Assembly: GCF_006345805.1 (NCBI RefSeq)
Contig: NC_042997.1
Span: 91,822,001 to 91,886,000 of the forward strand
Direction: 5' to 3'
DNA from: Octopus sinensis
Lineage: Eukaryota
DNA length: 64,000 nt
The position numbers and the translations under genes were made by a program. The first letter of the stretch is position 1. Each line of letters opens with the position of its first letter. Shown piece by piece: positions 25,603 through 38,209 of this stretch. The notes beneath the pieces are model-generated. The model was not told the DNA's origin. It worked only from the letters and a program-made list of their open reading frames with translations, and did no database searches.

Positions 25603-26079
25603 GTATTTATGTATGTATATACGGATATACATGCATATATGTATGTATACGTACATTATGTGTGTGTGTTATGTCATGTGAATTTAGAAATTTCAAGAAA
25701 CATGAAATAATTCATTTTTAGCGGTTGAACTCAAGGTTGATAAGACTATAAATGACAGCGTGTAAAAATGCTAACCCAAAATTTATACGCCATTATATAT
25801 CCTGGAAAAGATCATATATATATATATATCCTGAAAAAGTTCATATATATATATATATCAGTAGGGATCGGTTAATGACCGAGTGCGTTTAGAACAGTTC
25901 TGTCAGTTTGCGCACGTGTCATGTTGGCCAGACTGGTAACGCTATTGTGCCTATTTAATATATGTATCTGGGGAGCGCGGTGAGTTGGCAGAAAGGTTAG
26001 CACGCCGGCCGAAATGCTTAGCGGTATTTCGTCTGCCGCTACGTTCTAAGTTCAAATTCTGCCGAGGTCGACTTTGCCT
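25318..26079. repeat. inverted duplication, about 270 bp arms (25318-~25587, ~25813-26079)
   Basis: About 3 substitutions plus small indels between the arms; the inner ends lie in (TA)n. Confidence 0.95.
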
Positions 26080-26368
26080 TTCATCCTTTCGGGGTCGATA
26101 AATTAAGTACCAGTTACGCACTGGGTCGATATAATCGACTTAATCCGTTTGTCAGTCCTTGTTTGTCCTCTCTGTGTTTAGCCCCTTGTGGGTAGTAAAG
26201 AAATAGGTATTTCGTCTGAGTTCAAATTCCGCCGAGGTCGACTTCGCCTTATATCCTTTCGGGGTCGATAAATTAAGTACCAGTTGCGTACTGGGGTCGA
26301 TCTAATCGACTGCCCCCCCCTCACCACCACCAAAAAAATTTGGGCTTTGTGCCTAGAGTAGAAAAGAA
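25975..26368 (+). mobile_element. compound SINE family A insertion with probable TSD
   Basis: One full copy plus a 5'-truncated copy, flanked by TATGTATCTGGGGAGCG and TACGTATCTGGGAGCG. Confidence 0.8.
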
Positions 26369-26811
26369 TATACGTATCTGGGAGCGGCATTGATTCCAGC
26401 CTATTCCGGAAGGCTGAAAGTCCTCCGTAATAGGCTGTACAGTTTACGTTTGTCGACGCTCAGAATCTCCCAGAACATCGTCGCTCATACTTGTCTTCTG
26501 TAGAATGCAAGTGTTGTCGTACCACTGGCGATATTGATGTTCGACTGACAGGGAACAGTGGGAATTTGACAACAGAAATAACAAAATTCCTTGACGTAGG
26601 TAGAGAATATATCTGTATATCAACTTCTCCATCTCTTTCTTGATATAGCAATAATAGAATGAAAACAAAAGATCTAACATACTTTAGAGAAAACAAATAT
26701 TACAGCAAATCAAATAACAGCTACTTCAAGCCATGCCAATTCGCTATAAATCGAGCAATCACAAAAATGTTTAACGTAGGAACAAAGCCTCAAATTGTAA
26801 TATTGACTTCA

Positions 26812-27010
26812 AATGTTGGCATAAGGTCAGCAATTTCAGGGAAGGTGAGTAAGTCGATTACATCGACCCCAGTGTTCAAGTGGTACTTATTTATCGACTC
26901 TGAGAGGATGAAACGCAAGGTCGACCTCAGCGGAATTTGAACTCAGAACGTGGAGACGGATGAAATGCCGCGAAGCATGTTGAACAGCATGCCAACGATT
27001 CTGCCAGTTC
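26812..27010 (-). mobile_element. SINE family A
   Basis: Core and head in reverse orientation. Confidence 0.85.
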
Positions 27011-27194
27011 ACTGTCTTGCTTCAAATTGTAATATCGATCTCAGTATTTGATTCTAACTTATTTTATGACAAAGAAAAGAGAAGTCGACCACAGTGAGAA
27101 CTGAGCTCAAAACATAGAGACAGCATTAAATATAGAAAGACTTACTTTTTTTTTTTTTGCAGAGGTCTACATATTTTGCCTTCCAATGCGTTAA

Positions 27195-27767
27195 CCCCTT
27201 ACCCAACAATTATTTTGAAAATAATTGTATTTTTTCAGACATATTTTTTAATTGTTTTATTTTACTATGTTTTAAATGGTGATTTCGAGGTATATTTCAA
27301 ACCTTATTTATTATGAATTTTAATTCAATGATATTGATTTTAAATTACCGCTTTGGGCAGAAACGAGTTAACCCGTTTTTTTTCATAAATCATATTACTT
27401 TTACAAAAAATCATGTTATTTTATTTGGTTATCGACATGGTGGGGTTATAATATAAAGGTATAAAAAAAACAAAGTGAATACTTCTATTCATAAAATGTG
27501 CCTTCCAACCCTTCGACTGTCTCCAGGTGACTAAATCATACTCGGTCTTCAATGCCTTACTCAAGCGAAAGGTGGCAGAAATCGTCACTGCCAGACGTAT
27601 AAAGTGAGCGAATATACTCGTATATGTCAAAAAAGAGTTTATAATAGACAAAGGAACTCGTTTGCTGTCGATTTTGGCGAGTCTATCTTTTGACGAGTTA
27701 ACTCGCCAGAGATAGAAATAAACGATTTCGGTCAAAACGCATATATTCGTTTCTGCCGGGTAAGGGG
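27195..27767. mobile_element. non-autonomous piggyBac-type element, 573 bp
   Basis: TTAA|CCCCTTACCC ... GGGTAAGGGG|TTAA: TTAA duplication plus 10 bp TIRs. Confidence 0.85.
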
Positions 27768-27771
27768 TTAA

Positions 27772-28205
27772 TAATGGTTTTACATTTTGGCACAAAGCCA
27801 GTAATTTTCAGGAAGGGGAAGTCGATTTCATCGACCCCAGTACCTATTTTATCGACCCCGAAAGGATGAAAGGCAAAATCGACCTCGGTAGAATTTGAAC
27901 TTGGAACGTAGAGATGGACGAAATGCCACTAAGCATTTTTCCCAGCGTGTTAATGATTCTGCCAGCTCGCCGCTTTTTGGAGCCTTAATAGTTATGGCTA
28001 TTTCTGGTTTTGGTACAAGGTCAACAATTTTCAGGGAAGTGGGTAAACCGATACCATTGACTCCAGTACTTGACTAGTACTATATTTTATCGACTCGGAA
28101 ATGATAAGAGGCAAAATTGACTTCGGTAGGATTTGAACGAGGAATCTCAAGAGTCAGGACAAATACCGCAAGGCAATTTTTTCGACGCTCTACCGATTCT
28201 GCTAT
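27772..28205 (-). mobile_element. two tandem SINE family A copies
   Basis: Copies at about 27772-27975 and 27990-28205. Confidence 0.85.
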
Positions 28206-28924
28206 CCATTTCCCGAACAGAAATAAATGCTGCTATTTGCTACTCCAGATTTTGAAAGCCAATTTTTTAAGAGAAAGATTTTATCGAGTACAATGAAATT
28301 GATCTGTCAATCAAGGACAATTAAATTCATTTTCAGTGACAATATCATTCAGAACAAGGAATACTGGAGTAAATACTCCTTATCCATTAAACTCCAGAGG
28401 TTTATTGAGAAATAAGAAATAAGACCGCGATGATCATGCCTTTCTCATAGATATTAGTGACGTACATAACGAGAAATGTCTGCATTTGTCACTGCTTCCT
28501 AATACTACTCGCTTTTCTCATAGGATCTCATTTATATGCACAAGTGCAATTATTCTTTGTGAGAGAGGCCATATTTCCGTCTATAATTTGTTCTTATTTT
28601 ATTTGCACAGGAGGGATTTAAATTCGAAGGATATAGCTAAATTCTGTGGAGCATTTGTTTCGATATTTGCCGACACGTAGAATCTCACAAATAACAACGT
28701 CAATCATGGCCATCCTCGATAGAAATGCGAGAGTTGACGTACCGCTGAGGATACTGCTTGGTATTACAGTGATTTACTTTAGTTAAGCACAAGGCTAGAC
28801 TTTTGTAGGAGTGAGATTAATTCAAAAGAATCAAAGATACACTCTGATTTTGCCATGAAGACAAATACTTGAAGTAAATTTTATAACCAATAGAACCTGC
28901 ACCAGTGTAATATAATTACACTTC

Positions 28925-29085
28925 TGTCTTTATGTTCTGAGTTCAAATTCCGCCGTTGTCGACTTTGCCTTTCATCCTTTTGGGGTCAATAAATTAAGTA
29001 CTGGTTGCGTACTGGGGTTGATCTAATCGACTGGCCCCCTCCCCAAAAATTTCGGGCTTTGTGCCTAGAATAGAAAAGAAAAAAA
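28925..29085 (+). mobile_element. SINE family A, 5'-truncated
   Basis: B box, core and tail present. Confidence 0.85.
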
Positions 29086-30639
29086 ATATATAATTACACT
29101 TATTTTATCGATTCTAGAGACATAATAAAAGAATGTTGACATCGTGAGAATACAAACTCAGACGTAAGTTATTTATTATATTGACGTCGGAAGAATGTAA
29201 AACAATCAGAACAATAACTAAACACTTCTATGGTCACTCAATCAACCTTCTAAAGTCTAATAATTTTTTACACACACACATATATTTCATTACTTGAGAA
29301 TGGCAGTTTGTCATATCGCTGAACAAAATAATAATAGATTCAGCAAATTTTCCTTTGGGTCATATTTATTGGAAAAACGTTATTGCATTTTATGGACTTT
29401 GTAACATTTCCAAACCGCCTCCGGGCAAAAATACCAATAACTTTTTATTGATTGAAAATGCTGCTTGATAAATCTATACCGTGTCCGTAAATTCCGCCTA
29501 ATGAACAATCTCACAAGATATCACGACAGCCGCAGGCTTAAATTATTTGCTCTTATAACAGTAACTGCAATAATGTAAGAATACCAAATATCCACCGATC
29601 TCTGAGTATTTAAAAAAGAAAGATTACCCCATATTTATGGGGAATTTTTCGTCCACTTTCTTTCTCTTTTTTTTTCGTTCTTTATTTCCTGGTAGAAAAC
29701 AAAAATGTCCGAGTGGATGAGGTAGCGAGCTACTAGTCCATTAATTGCTTGTTCAAATCTGTTGCAAGTGTTCCGCAGTACTTAGCATTCTTCAGATACA
29801 CTGCAGCAAGAAATTTTGGTAAAAGTCAATCGATTTGATCACCTCGTTAAATATTAAATTCTATTCATTTTGTTACTTAGACCAGGTCTGCTCTGATTGA
29901 CTTGATTTATGATTAAAGGCATTCCAGCGGCAGCTATGATCATTTTCCATAGTGTATCTAAAACTGTATTATTCAATGTTTCGTTTTCATTTTTTTAGGC
30001 AGTAAAGGATAATTTGAGAGGTACTTGGCTGCTGTTTCTAGGACTAAGTGGACATGTAGAACAAACACCGTAAAGTAAAAGGTTAAATGTGCTCATTACG
30101 TCTCATCACTTAGGTAATTTATTTACTTGAAAATAGAAATGAAATCAAAACTTCTTTTTCTCCTGGACTCGTACATAAGGGCTGTGTACTGTCAGAAGAA
30201 ATCTGTAATTGTTGTATGCAGTTAGTGAAGTCACTAAATGTAGCGGTATAAATGTAACTGTAATTGGTATGAAGTTCGGGTATAAAACTGCGTGTAGCAA
30301 GACGAGAAGGCTGCATTTGAAGAAAAGCTGCGTTGAAAGAAATTGAAGCAAAAAATAGTTCTTACTTATAGATTTTATTCAACCGTACCGAAGTTTATCA
30401 CAGCTGTGACAAATTGGAAGTAATACGAGTTAGTTTTGTTTGAGAATCTCTTTTAGCTGTAGCAGGATTATTACTATGTGAAACAGAAGCGTTTTCCATT
30501 AATGGCAATTAGTAGACTGTGAATAGCAAAGAAAAGGGGAAAGAGAGGGATGGAGGGAGAGAGAAGAGTTACCTCTTTGAAACCGTTGATGAATTTTTGT
30601 TTTATTTTTGTCTCCCATTTATAGCTGTCCTAAAGCTGT

Positions 30640-30768
30640 ATTTATTTTATCGACCCCTTTTAGGGACGATAAAATACATACCCGTTGATAAGTTGATGTA
30701 ATCGACTTATCCCTCCCATTGAAATTGCCGGCCGTTGCCAAAATTTGAAATTATGATTATTATTATTT
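30640..30768 (+). mobile_element. SINE family A 3' part
   Basis: Core remnant and ATT tail shared with the adjacent LINE tail. Confidence 0.7.
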
Positions 30769-31492
30769 AAGACGTCGCACAGTAGCCAATATTGTGATGT
30801 CGCTGATTGAAGATATTATGTCTACCGAGATTTGTACTGTCTGTCAAGTCACAAGGACCTCAGACAGACAGTACTTTACGCAATATGTGTGCAGTTCCAA
30901 GTAATGCCAATTTTTGCAATACACCTAGATTGTAGGGTATTTCTAAAGTCTCCAGATGTTTCTTCAGGTTGGGTAGGTGGCATTGAATCCAGTGTTCCGA
31001 TGACAATAGGGACAACCTTTATGTTTGACTCTCGTAGCTGCTACATCTTGGCGATCTCAATTCTCAGGTCTCCATATTTATCAATCTTTTCTCTTTCTTT
31101 CATGATAATATGTTGAGCTCCTGGCACTGCACGTCGATTATTAAGCACTCTTGTTTTTCCCTCCAAAAGGTTACTATGTCCGGCCTTCGGTACTCTAACA
31201 CCTTGTCTGGAAGTCAAAGTCCTAGAGGATTTTTGCCTTCCCCTTTTCGTCCATTACCTTTTCTGGTGTATGTTACCTCGTATCCATACTTCCGGCAGAG
31301 TAGTCTGTGAATGTTTTGGGCTACCTTGCCGTGTCTGCGCTTGTACTCTTTCTACAAAAGACTTTCACAAGCACTAACAAGTGAGTCACGCTTTCGACCC
31401 TCTTCCCACATATTCTGCTGAGGTTCGTTGCACTTGTATGATATATATCCCTTTTCACTGAGTTGGTATTCAATGCTTGATCCTAGGCAGCG
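30768..31492 (-). mobile_element. Dong/R4-type non-LTR retrotransposon 3' end (CCHC + restriction-like endonuclease)
   Basis: AA*DQALNTNSVKR...RICGKRVESVTH, EYKRRHGKVA, RRPDIV, KYGDLRIEIAKM, VVPIVIGTL, LQKLALLGTAHILRKVLSV*, (TAA)n tail. Confidence 0.85.
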
Positions 31493-32020
31493 TATTATTA
31501 TTGTATCCAAAAATTCAACGCTACTTTTTGAAAAACTGGATGTAAATTTTATGTTGGATTTAAAGCCATAGTTTTTAGCATAACAGTCACAGAAATGCAA
31601 GAAGTCAGTTAAACTATCTTGAGATCCTTCCCAGACAAAAAAAGATGTCATCAATGAACCGTAACCAGAGTATTGGTTCATGACCATGTAGAGATTTGAA
31701 TGTCTTCAGTAACTCTGTCTCGAATTTCGTCATGAAGACATTAGCGAAATTAACTGCCATGGGGGTACCCATGGCGCAATCCCTTGTCTGGTGGTAAAAT
31801 TTTTTGTCCAAACTTCATTGTATTACTTTGTAACACAAACCTCAATAACCTACGGAGAAAAATTTGATGGAATACTTTTGTTTGACCGTTTTTCGAAGGC
31901 ATTCAGGCATGCTTCTATCTCTTCATCGTGGTCAATATTGGGCAATAAGGAAGAAACATCCATGGTTACCAAAAACCAGTTTTCGACATGGCTTCGGTGC
32001 TTAAAAAAGTTGTTGATTTG
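31493..32020 (-). pseudogene. Penelope-like element reverse transcriptase fragment
   Basis: QTRDCAMGTPMAVNFANVFM, WLRFIDDIF, IKFTSSFSKSSVEFLDT. Confidence 0.9.
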
Positions 32021-32021
32021 G

Positions 32022-32035
32022 TGGTGGTGCTGGTG

Positions 32036-32082
<47 letters not shown>

Positions 32083-32157
32083 GGTGGTGGTGGTGGTGCT
32101 GCTGCTGCTGCTGCTGCTGGTAGTCGTTGTAGTAGTAGTAGTAGTAGTAGTAGTAGC
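32022..32157. repeat. compound trinucleotide microsatellite (GGT/AGT/GCT)
   Basis: Seen directly. Confidence 0.95.
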
Positions 32158-32803
32158 TGGATCCGTGAAAACTTCACGGAAAATATTTTAAAATGTAAGC
32201 ATCTGTAAATAGTGGCTTCATTTAATAACTATCGAACATTTTATATATAAGCAGGACCCTGGGAAATTCTACGAAATACAAAAAATGTAAGCATCTTTAA
32301 AAGTAACATCCAATTATAGTGTAGAAAAGTAAAAGTAACATCCAATATTGGCTGAGGACCCAGTATATAGAATACAGTAATCAATTATTCTGTAGCAAAG
32401 TAAAAGTAACAGCCAATATTTGTTGTGGCTATGTATCTGTCTACTCCGGAAATACTAATAAACATTTAAAAACACAAAACGAATGCCACCTTCCTTTCAG
32501 TCACCACACTCTCTCTCTCCCTCTCACTCTCTCTCTCTTTCTTTCTCTCTCTCTCTCTCTATCCCTCCTCTCTCTCTCGCTTTACCACTCACTTCAACTA
32601 TACCTCCTCTGCTTGACACCTTTTATTTCGCTTTTGCTTTCTACCTCAACAGTAGGAAAGTAATAGTAACATCCACAGTAATTTGCTGAGAGAGAGAGAG
32701 AGAGTGAATGATGTATGTATGTGTGTGTGTGAGAAAGAGAGAGAGTGATGTGTGTATGTGTGTGTATGAGAGAGAGAGAGGGGGCAGACAGACAATAACT
32801 GTC

Positions 32804-32805
<2 letters not shown>

Positions 32806-32835
<30 letters not shown>

Positions 32836-32839
32836 GGAT

Positions 32840-32887
<48 letters not shown>

Positions 32888-32891
32888 GGAT

Positions 32892-32985
<94 letters not shown>
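32806..32985. repeat. (GATA)n tract, about 180 bp
   Basis: Seen directly; contains a repeated GGATAGAAA interruption. Confidence 0.95.
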
Positions 32986-33204
32986 GCAGCATTTGTTTTT
33001 GCAATTTTCATATTTTCAACGGCTTTATCATATATCGTCCAAAACGAAAAGTTTTCCAGCATTTTCTCTTATGACGATATGAAAACTGTTTCATGCCGCT
33101 TTGCCTCTCACTTCAACTATACTTACTCTCCTTAACGAATTTCATTTCTCTCTTTTTCTTTCTTTCAACTCAGTGTGATACACACCACAGGTACGTACGT
33201 ACGT

Positions 33205-33212
33205 ATTAGCAT

Positions 33213-33298
<86 letters not shown>

Positions 33299-33420
33299 GG
33301 CGGCAAACTGGCTGAATCGTTAGCTCGCCGGGCAAAATGCTTTGCGGTATTTCATCCGTCTTTACGTTCTGAGTTCAAATTCCAAATTTCAGGCCTTGTG
33401 TCTATAGTAGAAAGAATTAT
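33205..33420 (+). mobile_element. (CAT)n(TAT)n tract followed by an internally deleted SINE family A
   Basis: Head at 33297; the sequence jumps from the B box to the 3' end. Confidence 0.8.
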
Positions 33421-34091
33421 TTGATGAAAACTCACAGTTTATTTTTCTGGGTATGATGAAAAGTGTCAACTACCAACAACCAGCAGACTAAGATGACACT
33501 TGTTTACCGATCATGATTTAATTCCAAGCAATGATGATTCTTGTAAGTCTTCTGTCTTCACATTTGTACCAATCTTTTTGAGCCCCTTTCATTCCCTGTG
33601 CATTCGTTGACTGTATCTTCTGACTGGCACGCCATTTGCATCTACTGGAATGATCCGATAGTAACACTCCATAACCATCATGTTTACTTATTTACTCCAC
33701 TTTTGTCTCGCAGCATGGCTAGCAGATACTGGATTACAACTGGGCCCACTCTGTTGCACAATGGGACACCTGCCGGGTGCAGCACGTCCACCATTTTTCC
33801 CAGTTCGTTCACACCATTATCACACCATTATCCAGTCCCGTTCACACCATTGGCTATTTTGCTTGAGATGCATTTTTAGGTTACAACTAACCGGTATTTT
33901 TATCGAAACACCATCTCTAACAAGGTTGTCCACCAAGAACCCTTGCTCCCATGGTTTTGAACTCAGTATTGTCCTTCTCCTAGGCTGATTGCCATCCAAA
34001 GCTAACGAGCTCAGCCAAACAGGACCACTAGTTATATGAAGGAGCCAGACTCCCGCCTTTTTACTCCTTTTTCCTGCTAGTTCGATGTATC
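33420..34091 (-). mobile_element. internally deleted Dong/R4-like element (5' UTR + N-terminus joined to C-terminus)
   Basis: 5' UTR GGCAATCAGCCTAGGAGAAGG, RQKWSK*VNMMVMECYYR...YSQRMHRE, then KGLKKIG...DLQESSLLG; TAA repeats at both ends. Confidence 0.7.
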
Positions 34092-34271
34092 ATTATTATT
34101 ATATTTTATCCATACCTGCCAACTCTTAAGCATTAGCTTACTGTCCGGTGTGAAACCGATTGGTAAGATCATTTGTAATAGATTTATCAGACTAAATACT
34201 TTCATTAATATACCCAGTCTATTAACAAATATACGAGAGTAAATTTTTTTTGACTTGTGGATTCTTAAATC

Positions 34272-34322
<51 letters not shown>

Positions 34323-34650
34323 ACGTGCGTGTGCGTGTGTGTGTTCTGCATATATGTATCTGCATACACCGGAGGAAATAGCAGTTGGTTGGGTAGATTA
34401 ATGGAATTGTTAGAGCAACGAACGAAATATCTTTAGGCATCTGTTCCCACTTTTTGCGTTCTAATTTCAATTTCTCCAGTTTACTCGAATAGAATCAATG
34501 ATAAGGTTATTGTAAAGCACTGGCATGGAACCCACTATAAAGAGTGCATATCTAAAGTGAATTAACTTATAAAAACAAATATCGAGTGGGTCCATAAAAT
34601 TTCTATGGATACGGAAGATGTCGTAGAGTTTTTATATAAAAGTGCACACG

Positions 34651-34734
<84 letters not shown>

Positions 34735-35099
34735 CTGTGCGTGTGTGTACGTGTTAAAATTTGAAATCTGCTTGGTTGTGCAATACAGAATCGTATGTGC
34801 TGACTATTGTTTGTCTTTAAATAAATACGCCTCGAGAGAGAGAAAAAAATTCATCATCAAAAAGTAGCAAAACTCTTGTATGTACATATAAGCCATTGTT
34901 GTGTCCCTATAGGCTTAGAATCACGGATATTAAGAGGATGGATAGCTAGGGAGTGGATTTCAGGGTGGAGTGTGTGTGTATCAGGATGAGAGTTGATTGT
35001 GACTCACAAAACAGATGGAAATAGGGAAAATAATCCTGATTATCTTTGAGATAAAACAAAACAAAAAATTAGAAAAATGTAGAAAATAATGCTTTCTAT

Positions 35100-35560
35100 T
35101 AAAGGAACAAGGCGTGAACTTTGGAGGGAAGGGACTAGTTGATTACATCGACCCTAGTATTTCACTGTTACTTAATTTATCGACCCCTGAAAGGATGAAA
35201 GGCAAAGTTGACTTCGGTGGAATTTGAACTCAGAACGTAGCGACGGGCGAAATACTGCTAAACATTTCGTCCAGCGTGCTAATGATTCTGCCAGCTCGCC
35301 GCTTTTGCCAGACAGAAAATGATAGCAACAGCATCATCACTAATAATAATAGTTGTTTCAAGTTTTTGGCACAAAGCCAGCACCTTTAGAAGAGGGGGTA
35401 AGTCCATTACTTTTACCCCAGTGTTCAACAGGTACTCATCTTATGGACCCCGAAAGGACGAAAGTCAACGTCGACCTCGGCAGAATTTGAACCCAGAACG
35501 TAGAGACGGACGAAATGCCGCTAAGCATTATGTCCGGCGTATTAACGATTCTGCCAGGCC
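35100..35560 (-). mobile_element. two tandem SINE family A copies
   Basis: Copies at about 35100-35303 and 35341-35560. Confidence 0.88.
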
Positions 35561-35599
35561 TACATAAAAGATGCAAAAGACATTGCTACACAGATTTAC

Positions 35600-38205
35600 A
35601 AAAAATGGAGGTAACAAAAAATTTTAACAAAAGAAATTTTCCCCACAGGGATGAGACAGGTGCCCGTGGAAACCCCACAAAAAGCCTGGTTTCTCTGACC
35701 ACAAAGATAATCCCCCTCCCCATTTAATCTTCCAGTCTAAAAGCACATGTTCGGACCATGCTCACCACTGTCATCCACCTTTTAAACGAATTGACTGGAA
35801 GGCAACACTTCGCTGCTCACATCCAGTTTTCTTTCCGAAAGAAACCTGGATGAGTTGATGAGGGCTTTCTCAAAGAAGTGTCTGGCTTCAGCCCTTTCAG
35901 TCTGGTCCACCACACAACTTCTTTCGCTATGGCCTCCAGACAGATAAAAATTACCTGTCCTTCCTGACTAAAGGCAGGCGGCAGGACAGTCTTCACAATA
36001 GACTCAGCTGACAGCCAGATTTGTCTTACATGTGACAGCAGCTGTTCGACATAAATCCATAAATCAGCAACCCTCAATCACTGGAAAAGTACTGAACAGT
36101 TCCGTCGCTCCGCGTGAATCAATGTAGTACAGCCAGGCTAAATACTTCTGGAAGTTATCTACAGGCTCTGTACCGATAGTTTTCCGGAACAAACCAGCCA
36201 GCCGATTTCCATCGTCACCCAGAGTTTCCCTAACAGCATCACTCCACTTACCCGATAGAATGCCATGATGGAACTTCTACCGATTTCATTGTCCATATGC
36301 CAAAGAGCTGTGAGCATTTGATATCACTAAAGGGGCTAAGCGTCCTGTCTTGGTCTCCGCTTAATCCAGAATTGTCAAAGAGACGAATTGGTGAAAAACA
36401 CGTCTGACAAACATTTACCAAAATTGTTCTCGTCCAGGAAACATTGGAGATAGTGCAGCCTTACCGCATGTCTGTACATTATTAACCACGGCTTGCCTAA
36501 TCTTCCATTCAGCAGGTGTTGACAACAAATAGAACATCTGACCAGAAGAACGTGTCTGACCAGCAGAACGCGTCCGCTCCTTTCACAAAAAACGGAAGAT
36601 CAGCCGCTCCAGTCTGTTCAGACGTAAAAAGGAGCAAAGCACGATGGACAGGTAATAGATGGCGGACGTGATGTAGGTGTGTTTACATCCTCGGCTTACT
36701 TTTCATGTCTGGCTTCCTCTCATCCCATTTCTGAATGATACTGGCCACCCTGTTCGTCGTCGTGTCCTAGTTCTTGTCCAACTGGAGATCTGGACCAAAA
36801 CCGATCCCAAGCAATTTAACCGTCCATCGACCACCCTACAATGTTAGTAAGCACCAAGGATATTGTTCTCCAGGTGCAGAGCTGCAGACCCACTGACTTT
36901 TACTGGTTAATATTCGCTAGTGTCCTCACCTCGTATTCCCTTATAGCGGTGTTGATCAACTCGATTTGCTTGGTACAGATTTTCCATTTCCTAGTTCACG
37001 CGGGATGTCTCTCAATGTCTCTAGTTTTCTCAGAAGTGACTCGCTTTGAAGTCAATACATACAGGAAAGGTGCGATTGGACGACCTTGGCTACTGATTGG
37101 TGGCCAATTCCTCTGACTATCAAGAGATGTCGCTGTATATTGCAGAAATCCAGCCCTTGAAAACGGGACCGAAACCGACCACTTTGAAGACAGCTACCGA
37201 GTACCAATGACCGATCTTATCGAAAGCTTTCGATTTATCTATGTTGATCGAGGCTATGGTGTATTGCATGAGGTGGGAGTTGTTGTGGATAGATCTATTT
37301 GGGACGGCGCATGTCTGCTACTCACCAATCATACCATCGACGACAAGCAACAACATCTTTGCTGACACCTTGGCCAAAATTTTGAGCTCTGCACTTATGG
37401 GCCGAAAATTATCTGTGTGATTCCCTTTTTCGGGTCCTTCGGGTCCTAAGAAATCGATGAACGAGTCTGGCATAGTAAAGCTCATTGGACAAAACCAACC
37501 AAATCAAGCGATTTGCCCCTCGTGCAGTCAGATAGGGCTTCCCTTAATTCAGTGGTTGTTATTGTCCGTTTGCAACACTTCTGAGAGTCGCGATATACCG
37601 TCGTGGTAGACGCTGAAGTTCATCCTGCAATCAAGCCCCCACCTCATTTCGAGCAGTCAAGCGAAGTGCCACTGAAAGGCTACATACATCTACCTGGAAT
37701 AGAGCATGATGCGTCCCTCATGATTCACCAAAGACTGAAGTGTGATTTGAAACCCTAACCCTAACCATGTACTTCTGCAACTCGGGCCATAGAACAGCTT
37801 TCTACTTTGGTGTCTTAGAGCACGCGCCTTGGCTCTGACAGCGCAGCCTTCGTGTATGGTATTGAGGAATTGATCAAGGACCCATCACGCTGCAAGCGGA
37901 TCGGTTCTGAAACTTCTAAATTTTCTTAGTTCCCCTCTAATCTAGTTTTCTCTATCGCTACATGCTTACTAAACCTTCTCGACTCTATTCTAATCACCAT
38001 TTTCGGGGCGAGCTACTATCTTTTGTTGACGATTTCCCGCTTAGTTGGTTTTCTAATCCAGACTCTGTAAATTTGACGCACCGAGAAAGACTCATTCAGC
38101 GTTCAGTAAAGAGAGCCCTACCGATGATTTTTTTCTAAATCGACCGTACAGATCATAATTTTGTGGTCTGTGTAGCTGACTACTTTAAATTGTGTACAAG
38201 CCATA
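35600..38205 (-). pseudogene. L1/Tx1-like LINE ORF2 (RT region to 3' end), heavily degraded
   Basis: DNFRPISAELKILAKVSA...QTCAVPNRSI and EGCAVRAKARAL; many stops. Confidence 0.8.
37414..37753 (+). repeat. 340 bp segment duplicated at 44441-44780
   Basis: No difference found between the copies by eye. Confidence 0.95.
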
Positions 38206-38209
38206 CTTG

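Noticed and set aside
37751-37766. Telomere or chromosome end
   Set aside because: Only about 2.5 CCCTAA units, with LINE sequence on both sides.
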